64,000 bases of DNA, taken from the NCBI GenBank assembly GCA_038496445.1, contig JALMLS010000504.1, positions 132,399 through 196,398 of the forward strand. The letters run 5' to 3'. Source of the DNA: Trichosphaerium sp. ATCC 40318 (Eukaryota; Protista; Tubulinea). How positions within the stretch are numbered: the stretch's first letter is position 1; every line of letters starts with the position of its first letter. The notes below the pieces were generated by a model. The model saw nothing but the letters and a program-made list of their open reading frames with translations. It was not told the origin of the DNA and did no database searches. This document shows positions 51,452 through 61,585 of the stretch, one piece after another. The position numbers and the translations under genes were made by a program.

Positions 51452-51806
51452 TGTAGTAACAACCGAGTTCAGGTAATGATTTGGCTTTACACACGCACGT
51501 AGAAAAAAGAAACAAAAATGCCAAGGTTGTCAAGGATGATTTAATTGATATCAATAAAGATTCATCTCAGCTGCATTAATTGTGCGAACACCGGCCAGCC
51601 AACGCCTGTAAAGCTTCATGTTTCTTTACTACCCAATAGATGCGAGTTAGTGTACATCAACAACAAATGTATTTGACTGCCAACAAGCTCCTAACACAGG
51701 GAAAAAGTAAAAAATTTTTCAAGTAAAAAATTCCGCTAGTCCATTCAATTTGTTTTTCTCCAATGATCCAAAAATTCGACAATGCCAACTTTAATTTATT
51801 TATTGA

Positions 51807-53860
51807 TTAGTTTGTAGAGATCCTACAAGTTGCCATTTTCAATCTACAACCCAATAAGCATAAAAAAAAAGATTGTGAATCACGTGCCTGTACAGTTGGA
51901 ACGATTCAAATAGTGCCTCGTTAGACTTCTGGGTGAGGTGACCTTGTTCTATTGTACGCAAGAATGCATAGAAATCACAGACGGCCACTATTCGCGTGCG
52001 GCAGTGCAAGCATATCGGCACTGCTGGATTGTTTCGTTTACCTCTCAACAACATAAAACTACACTCCATCTGGTTTTAAAACAGTTAGGTCAGTACATGC
52101 AACACAATGGGTATGTGTCGTTATCTGAGATCGTACTTGTTGAAGGCACGTTGAGCACGTGTCAGCTCTGTTTTTTTCGGGAGCGAGCTCTATTTCCAGC
52201 GTTCTATGCTTGATGTGTCGCAGCACGTCATTGGCACGTCGGAATCTGACAGTAGGTATGACCTGTGAAAGTTCTCATTAGTGAATTATTGCCATTTATT
52301 TGATGTGCGCGTGTGTACTTCTTCCTTTTCAATTCTAGACAACAGTCTGCTGCTCTTCAGGATTGGACATCCGCTTTTGACATACTCCATCCATTCCTAC
52401 AGTGGGGTATGTGAGTGTTGATCATTCAAAGTCAGGTCGACCACGCACCTCCAGTTGTTTTGTGGAAGGCTCTACCTTTAATTCTGGGTTATCACTCATC
52501 GCGTGCACAAGAAAGGGTACGTACTGTAATGCGTATATGAGGGTTGTTATCTTTAATTTTTGGCTTAGGAGATGCCCTTTTCTTTTCTGTTTTCTCTTTT
52601 TTTGCAACATTGTTGTTGTCCTCTGTCGCATCTTTGTTGAAGAATGAAGGGCTCATTATAGACCCTGCCGTACTGCGCTTATCAAAGCTACACGCACCGC
52701 CTTCAAACGTCTTGCTTCTCCTCCCAACTGGCGAGATGTATGTGTTAGCACAACTGTCTCTCTTGTAAAATGTATTGACTAATAAGAAGGTGTACCAGAT
52801 CCATTTGACACTAACTGAATTGTATGCGCTTCTTGGTGTATCTACATATTTTAGTGATCGCTGCAATGATCACAAAGCCCATTGTACCTGAGCCGATATT
52901 CTTTTGCGTAGATCGCCAAGAACAGATTCTTCTATCGACAATCTACCAAACATATCAAAAAAAAAAATGGTTTGATTCAATGTGGGTGTCATGTGCTAAA
53001 TACCTGTGTTTGGTTTGTTGTAGTTCTGATTCCAGCTGTTTCTTTATTTTTAGTATCTTATGCTGCGCACGTGGTTAGTTTTACAATGTTATTTCCGCGT
53101 TGTAGCAAACTACTCCACCTTTTCTTTACATTCTCCCTCTACCTGAACGCTAGTGTAAGCAATTTTTTAATTTCCTTTAATGATGGTATGGCTTATTTTT
53201 AATATAATATTTAAACGTGCCATGTCGTTTGCGGCCTGAAACAATTGCGCCGTCAATTCCTCTAGCTCCTCGTACAGCTTCTCTCTTATATTTTCTGCTT
53301 CTTCACGGAGCTCTCGCTCTTTGTTGGCCTGTACTGTCAAATCGTCCACCAATGTCTGAGGGCAATCATGTCATTTTTTTTTTTTTTTGTTATTTGTTTT
53401 CAACAATTATGATTGACATTAATACCTGTAATCTTACGGTTTCTTCCTCGAGCGTGAGTACTTTGTTTTGATCTTCTGCGATAATGTTTTTCAAGTCTGC
53501 TAGCTGTTTCTTTTGCTCGTCACTCACTATCTTGGCTTCTTCTAGCTTCAGTTTATCCCGTTTGGTCCGTATTTCAAGCTCCTACAACGCACGATAAATT
53601 AAAGCTGTCAAAAAACAGGAAGAACGTATTTTTCTTGGTGTAGACATATACCTTGTTGCGCTTATACAAGTGGTTTCGCAACTGTTTGAATTGCTCGATA
53701 GCGGATTTGTTTGCTGTTAGCACAGCACCTAGTTCCTCTAGTCGCAACTACAAACAGCGTAAGGACGAAAAAAAAAGCACGTGACAACAACAAAAGGCTG
53801 TATCGGAAGTACCTTTGTAGCGAAAAGCTCCTTGGCAAGATGTTGTTGTTGCGCTGCCAT
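51807..53860 (-). CDS. SEC2: Sec2/Rabin8-like Rab GEF
   Basis: EELEELTAQLFQAANDMV (Sec2 domain) and C-terminal ICLHCRTRIVAVCDFYAFLRTIEQG. The start is approximate. Confidence 0.85.
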
Positions 53861-54055
53861 GATCTCTTCGTACTGGCGGGTAATGAATCTTACCACTTGG
53901 AGATTGTTGGCCTGAAGAAAAAGTTGGCGCAAAACCAAAGTCAAAGCAGGTATTAATATAATTTTTTTTCTGATTGTTTTTTGTTGGCACACCGTGACAC
54001 ACTTAGTTTTATTGGACTCTACAACTTAACTGTGTATCCACACCTCCAAAAAGTG

Positions 54056-55637
54056 CTACTCTATGTACTCTCTACTTTGAATACCCGTGACAATGAGATT
54101 GTTGAGCGTATCCTCTCGTCCTTCAACGTATAGTGCTTCTATCTCCACTTTTATTCCACCTTCGATCTTTGACATATGTTAAAGGTAGACGAGGAACATC
54201 AAGTACCATTGCACATATTTGTTCGTCAGCTGATTGACACCACCCTCGATTGCTTATGTTGGCAATACAACGTGTATCACCCTCTGTCATTGGTTTGTAT
54301 TCGGTGTGAGGTACCTAGTCACGTGATTACAAACTATATATTTTGTTCCAAAGCCTACCTTATATTTGTTCAAGTGATGCCCTAAGACACCTAGCCACTT
54401 GATGTTTACATTGTATCGACAGTTTTCCATGCCCAGACTGTATCCTCCTTGCTTGTAGCTCAGTAATACCCCTACACCACCTACAACACTTGTTTGTCGA
54501 TGACAAGGATGTTTGTTGGTTAGCGTACCAGGGTTGTAGTCAAAGACGCCATAGCATGGTAGATGTAAAGATTGCTGCAATATCGAAACAAAACGCCTAG
54601 TCTATAGACCAAATACGTTATGGACAAGCTCTCAAAATGAAGTCAGTCTACTAACCATGAGCCCAGGGTAGCCGTTCCCTGTTACCACTATAAAGTTGGG
54701 ATACTTCTTTATGAAACCGCTTGCTACCAAATGCTCAAAAACAGCATCCTTCTCTACTACAACGATGGCTGTCGCTGAAGATTCGAGATCAATGTTGGGA
54801 TGCGATAGGGTGTATGCAGTTTCGTCAAATTGTGCTATGCGATGGAAAAAAGAACCTAACACGGCTTTTCAACACTTGTGCGGGTATATCTATTGAGAAC
54901 GTACGGATCACAAATGGAACAGTTGACAAATCTACCCAACTTCCTCCTAACCAACTTATATGAGTGGACATTCTAAATATGTTCTTTCACCTGCTATACT
55001 AACACGTAGGGTTCCAGCAATGAAGCGCCCTTGTTCGGCGGGATGTATGGACATGGCACTTCGTGGACATTTCAATATGCTTTGGAGATCTACGTTGTTT
55101 TAGCAATGCGGGTAAGGATAAGTAGGTACCTCCAAGTATGCCAGACACTTTTGTGTAGCTGTTATCCATCGACCATTTTGCACTTAGACAGTAGTACGCC
55201 TGTCATGGTTTAGATTGTACGTGTAAGCGCTATACCTCTCTGATGGATGATCTCTGGTTGTTTCGCACTTGGCTGTAGATCATTGCAAGAGCTGAGAAAA
55301 TACGAGCATACTTCTTTGGCTTGCTTTTGAATGAGCACTTTGCATTGTTGCGGGCAAGGAAAATGCAGCCATCAGTATCGGCTACTCGAGCTTAGCAACT
55401 TTCCTTCTACGTGCACCTGCCTGAGTTAAATGCGTTGTCGCTAGTGCGTATTGCCACGTTTACAGGATTCAATGTAGACTGTTTCAAGCTGCTGGCAAAG
55501 GAAATGAGCCAACCCTCTATCCTCGCTAACACCTGTACAGTACAGTGTTAGCACGCTTTCCGTGGAAATGCAGCGTGCCGTACTTGGGTAGGACCAATGT
55601 TATGTGCATAGTGGATGGAAGGAAGCTTATAAAACAT
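54056..55637 (-). CDS. SPO11-2: Meiotic recombination protein SPO11-2 type (TopoVIA family)
   Basis: QVLARIEG, SIREAYY (catalytic Tyr motif), IVVVEKDAVFEHL, TGNGYPG, VFDYNPGGVGVLLSYKQGGYSLGMENCRYNVNIKWLG, KVEIEAL. Confidence 0.88.
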
Positions 55638-55841
55638 GGATTCTGCCAAGCTCATCTTAGCTGCCGTTGAAGATCTTGTTTTTTTGCAATGTGTGACTTA
55701 ACTTCGTGCGTTTTGATTGTTTAGCTGGTTTATTGTGGCAAGTACATGCTGTCATGATCACAGAATCGACGCACCTGTCTTTGTTGGCTTGTGACACGCC
55801 GCACGTCAGTTTCTGTTATTTTAGCGTCAGTAACGCATAAA

Positions 55842-58654
55842 ATGCGTACAATACTTAACGCAGGTACGAGCGAACGGTTTATTTTCTCTGTAATTACAAT
55901 TACAGAGAAAGCGCGCTATTCTGTAGCAGACAGTGCAAATACTGTTGGATACACACTCCAAGTGCGAACGCTAGACGATTGGTATCGCGTAAAAGGTTGT
56001 GAAGTGGACAGTGCTGCTCGACCTGTTATTGAAGAGTACGCTAATGAGAGTGTAGACTAATGCTTACGCGTGGTGTAGGCATAATGGATCTATCAGTGAC
56101 TACTTAGTAGCGGCTTATCCTCGTTATAAATGGGATCGCATGCAATTCACGTGCGCAAGTTAAGTCTTTGTACTGCACGCTAAATTTGATGGTAGGCACG
56201 TACCAAATGCTTACACAAAGCATTGTTCTCGATTGGCTGTCATGGACACATTCGCACAAGACAATGACCTTAAAACTTTGGATTCGTGGTATGACCTTGA
56301 TGTCAGTACTATCCGAAGAGCGAAGGGTTTATCCAGTTTGCTGGCAGGGTATCCATTCATGTTTTCTATTTGCACGCCTAATAATTGTTTGACAATAGGT
56401 ATTACGACAACAGCTTAGAAAAGGCGCTGTATACATTATATCCTGAGTATGGATGGCTTGATACCAAATTTTTGTGCGCGTTCAAATTGTCTTGGTAATC
56501 CTCCGTATTAACGTTATATATGCAGTCACGCTAAGGGCTATTGGTCTCACATATCAAATCAAAGAGATAAACTCGAGCAGATATCAAGACGCAAGCGCTT
56601 CATGACTTTTGATGGCTGGTACAGCATGGATTGGCAGTCAGCGTGCTACCTCGGTGCAGGCTCAATGTTGCAAAGGTATGTATATATAGCTAGTCACTGG
56701 TCGTTTCTTGCAGTAACGTGTACACCCAAGATATAACTCATCAATCGCCTCAGCCTTAGAGGCTATCTTTCCAGAGCATCCATGGGCACGCCAGGCTTTC
56801 AGGTATGTGATGGGTAACAAGATGGGATGCTAACTAGGTTGTTATTAGTACGGTTCCAAGAGGTCATTGGGATAGTATTCAATCGCATAGAGATACCTTC
56901 AACAGACTGGCTGAAACATTGGATATATATACAATGGACATGTGGCTCAGTGTAGACAAGAAGCAAGTGAGTACGCATGGAGGTGGTAATGTACTTGCAA
57001 AGTGCGTTAATTACTGTTTGCTTCATCTTAAAACTTGATTAAAGGTACAACCATGACCTCAAGGCTGCTCTTGATGCTATTTATCCTTCTTTTTTGTGGT
57101 GTGAGACCGAGCTGCAGTGCGTATTACCCATTATTTGATTGACTAGTAATTTAACTTACACGTCCAGGCAAGCGCAATTGAGTCACATCTCCGCCTATCA
57201 CGGTCTCTGGATAGCTAAGGTGGGCGAGTATTTGGGCGTTAAGACCTTGGAAGAGTGGTATGAGGTAACCTTAGAAGACAAGGTACCCAATGGCGTACTT
57301 AACAACGTGGTGTCGAGGTACGATCCACCAGCTGTAGAAACGTGATTAACAGCTGTGCTGAGGTATTCAAATTCAATGTACAGTATGCTAAAAGCATTGT
57401 ATCCCATGTACGACTGGCAAATGTACAAATTTAGGTACTCAACAGAATTGGTAAGATCCCATTCTTATACCGTTGAGGCCATTGTCGACTAGGCGTAGAG
57501 TGACGATAAAGTACTTTGACCAGGTTGACAATCAGCGTCAAAAGTTAGAGAGTGTTGCACAAGCCTTAAAGGTTAAAACGGTGGATGCATGGCGTTTGAT
57601 CTCCAAGCAACAGTTTGTACAGCATGCAAAAGCAGTCTTGAAGAGGTACAGGGGATCAATCAGCCGTACCTTGGACGCCATTTACCCTTTGACAGCCGCC
57701 AGTCATTGCGAACTCAAGTACAACTTCTATATTGACCTAAGCTATCACTGACTTGTTGTAGGACTCGTAAAGAGCAAAGAATTAGTGGTTACTGGAAAGG
57801 TAGTGTGATATGTTCACTCATTTTATTTCGGTAGCTTACTCGCGTAGATACTAAAAACGTTACTAAGTTTTTGAAGAAGCTAGAACGCAAACTCAGCATT
57901 TCTAACCCGACAGCATGGTACTTAGAAAGTTGATACGTTAATAACGCATACATGGTAGGTATAGAGTATCTCTAGGCCAACTATTAGCACATGGAGGCGG
58001 TGGACTTGCACACCATTTCCCGTCAGTGCTGGCACAACTACATCCGCATGTAGATTGGCATTGGAACTCTTTCTCATTAAGCGATAAGCGCTCAGTTCAA
58101 AGGTACCTATTTTACACATGCAAGCTGTTTAGTATTTTTTTTGCTATGTGCTATGACAAATACTAATTTTGTGACCAGGAATCTGGTTGAGTACGTTCGT
58201 GCAATTTTTCCAAATTTGGTGGTGGAAGAGGACCATTCTATAGGCACTCTAGATAGCAACGGTGCGCCCATAGTAGTTGATGTGTTTGTGCCTGCACATA
58301 ACCTGGGTATCGAGTATCAAGGCACGTTTTATACACAAAATGGTAGTCACGTGAAGCTAAGTGATCTTGCGTACTGTAGGTGAGCATCATTACATGGATG
58401 TCCTCAAGAACGCACATCCAGTCTCCGTGTACGCTTCAAGGGATGTGGAAAAGGCGGAACAATGTCAATCGCTTGGTGTTACACTCGTAAACTTACCTTA
58501 TTGGCGTCTGGACGGTATACAGTCTGTAGTTGAGGTCATAAGGGTCCAAGCTCCACATACTGTGGCTCATTGGCCAGGTAGCTCATTTGGCTGCCGATTG
58601 CCACCTACAGAGCAGCACAATTCAGGTACGCCATCATGTAGTGGGGGCGGGTAG
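55842..58654 (+). CDS. ~70-aa DWY tandem-repeat protein, paralog 3 (7 repeats) with C-terminal Vsr/DUF559/RAP-like PD-(D/E)XK nuclease domain
   Basis: Repeat cores DDWY, DSWY, DGWY, DMWL, EEWY, DAWR, TAWY. Then IFPNLVVEED..IVVDVFVPAHNLGIEYQGEHHY..RDVEKAEQCQSLGVTLVNLPYW. The start codon is uncertain. Confidence 0.8.
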
Positions 58655-58884
58655 ATGAACCAGTAACATGATTGACACGTGATAGGATATTCAACTGCCT
58701 TCGCACGACAACAAATGCAAGTTGCAGCACTTAGATTTGGCGTTGAAACTGTACAATAGTAAAATTTACAAACATAACATAAATACATGAAGAAAATTTT
58801 CAAATCGTTTATTTTTGACACTTTGAAATCTATTTGACGTTCGTTTACCACAACAATACGCTAAACGAATGATAAGCAAGAAGC

Positions 58885-61517
58885 ATGGCCTCTCAATCTG
58901 AAAGTAGTAAAGGCACCAAGTTTATAAAGGAATGCCTTGAGAAAGATCTATTGAGGATATTGCTTCAGCATCTTGAAGCAAAGGGATACAATGAAACCAT
59001 GCATAGGTGTGTTGATGCGTTTAGTGGAAATGTGTAATTTAACATGCGCCTTTTTCAGCTTAGAGGCTGAAAGCAAGTATTATTTCGATAAAGAATACTT
59101 TGCAGGGCTATTTGTAGATGGATCATGGGATTTATTGTCCCAATACATGAATAAGTTCTTTACCCGGCCCCTCAATGGCCCGAAACGCGATATAATGTAT
59201 GACATTTGTCGTCACAAGTTTTTAGATGCTTTAGACAAGTGCGCATTACATTTTGTTGAAATGTGACTAAACCAACGTAGAGGAGATAAACTCACGGCAA
59301 AGGTCGTATTAAAACGCGAATTGGCGGTTTTTTTAAATGCAACACCGCCATGTGACACATCAACGCCTTCGTATATCGCATACCTCGATATGGCGTCGCT
59401 CTTGCATATGGATAACTTCAGGTTTGTACTCAATGTGTTGTGGGCGCGATTTCACATTTTTTTCAATCAGGGAGCATCCTCACTTGGTATGGCGTGGTAA
59501 TGCTAAACAAATGAGAGAACACAGCGTCAATAAGGTAGGTGTTACTCATATTGTGTTTTAAGTGGTATTTATCTATTAAACAGATTGTGTCGCACATACA
59601 GGAGCATTTACCGCTTACTGTTACACCAGAACTGCCAAAGATACCCGAAAAGGAGAGATTGCGATCGCTTATAAATCAAAGGCATGTGCAAATACTGTGA
59701 GACACGCAACACGTGACACAGTTGTTTTTTGAGATGACTGATTGAAATATTTAGTTTTAATTATCAAACACACAAGGTCGGCACCCCTGGCGGAGCTAGG
59801 CCCACTATTCACACGCTTCTTGTCGATTTTGGCAAGGATGATGAGAGGAATCCCTACGGACACTATGGGTTATTGTCTAAGAAGAAACGTAGCCGCGAAG
59901 TATCGTCTTCTAGTAGCCAACCTGCGCCAAAGAGATCGAAGCACAACTTTGCAAAAATTAAACCGATAACAGTATGTCATGCTACCTGCACTTCATTCTG
60001 TAACCATTCGATAGGCACACGATAAGATGTTGGAGAGTGGGAAAGTGCATATACGTAACAACCTATTACAATTTCCACGTGCAACCGAATCGTGCATATC
60101 ATTTCACACAAAGAAATTCAATTACGTATTGAGTGCGTATTATCCTACATGTATCATACGCATAACACTCGATGCAATGTAGTGAACCATGCCACCCAGA
60201 AATTAGGATTGTTTGACACATCAACAGTTGAGTTGCGCCTTGTTATGGAAATTGACACAGAATGCACTTCAGTTGGCAAGTTGGCATGGGATCCTACTGG
60301 CACATACTTTGGTTCGTTCTCTTTATTTTGAAGCTACAGTGTACCGTACAGTAGTACTTATTATTGTATGTTGTGTATAGTTGCAGCAGACATTGATCAA
60401 TGGGAGTTGTTCAAAGTTGACTGGACAGCAGGAACAGCAAAGTCAGTAGCAGTGACAAAGGGTTCAGGATTAACAGATATCATTTTCGCGACTTTACCTA
60501 TAGGTCACCGCGTCTCGGTACCAGAAAAAATGTTGTGCCTCCTCTACAATCAAGACAATACTATAGAGGTAGCTACATATTCATAAAATCCATAACTATA
60601 AGGTCTTTGGTTGACACATGCTTGATATAGATGTACGATGTTGAAAACAAGAAACGCGTTTGTAGGTTTGAAGGGCACAAGGTACGCGACCCACGGAGCA
60701 CACACTACACCAGCGCCACTGTGCACCTTTAAATAGTAATTTAATGTGTTTTAGGCGCCAGTAGCCTCTATGGATACCATATTTCGTCAAGGAGGCCAAG
60801 TACCATTCCTTGTTTCAGTCGGTACGCATATTGCACATTGACATTGGTTTAGTAAGGATGATGAGGCTAACTAATCTTTGTTTGCAACAGATGTATCAGA
60901 GAAAATGAACATATACCCCTTTGAGCTATTAGGTGATAGTAACGTAATAACTATTAAACCAGTGGCAAGTATGGACAATCCCTATCAAACGTGCGCTCTG
61001 CTTTTAATAAACAATGTGTACCTCCTACTAACTCATTATTTCTACAGTATTAGGACTGTATGTTGCCCCGACAGCGAGACACTGATTACAATCAGCTCAT
61101 CAGACTCATCTTTCATACAATGGAGTACAGTAAGTGTCAAACACAAGGTAATTTGTGGGTTGTGTGACTCATCACTTATTAGGACGGGCAAGGCATCGTC
61201 AAGAATTTTACACCATACAAATGCACAACACACACCAGGCTTATGTCTGTGCGCGATCTACTGGCTGTAAATCACGAAAAGTATCTAAGCGTTTGGCAGC
61301 GCACAAATGAAAATGTAAGTTTAGTTGTCAGTAGGCTGTGGCTCATTTTTTTTTGTAGTCAGTGGGCACTGTGAAATTTAAAGGACCAGTGAGGTCTTTT
61401 GCTATTAGCGCTGATGGCAAATGTATTGCGGCAGCTGTAATAAGAAATGGTCAAGTGACACTTTCATTGGTCCACAACATTTTTGACAGTTGGGGTGTAA
61501 ATGTAGATGTTGTTTGA
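58885..61517 (+). CDS. TOPLESS-like protein (LisH-CTLH-CRA + degenerate WD40)
   Basis: DLLRILLQHLEAKGYNETMH.LEAESKYYFDKEYF..GSWD, ICRHKFLDALDK, LLHMDNFREH, RLRSLINQSFNYQ..IHTLLVD. WD-like LAWDPTG and FAISADGK. Confidence 0.8.
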
Positions 61518-61585
61518 AAATATCCTGCAATGCTGAAATACAAAGTTGTACATGTTTTTTGTATTTTTGGTTTGTTTTTCTATTG

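Noticed and set aside
56349-56398. Second U12-type intron (donor GTATCCATT)
   Set aside because: No TCCTTAAC-like branch point, and it sits at a repeat position where sister introns are ordinary U2-type.
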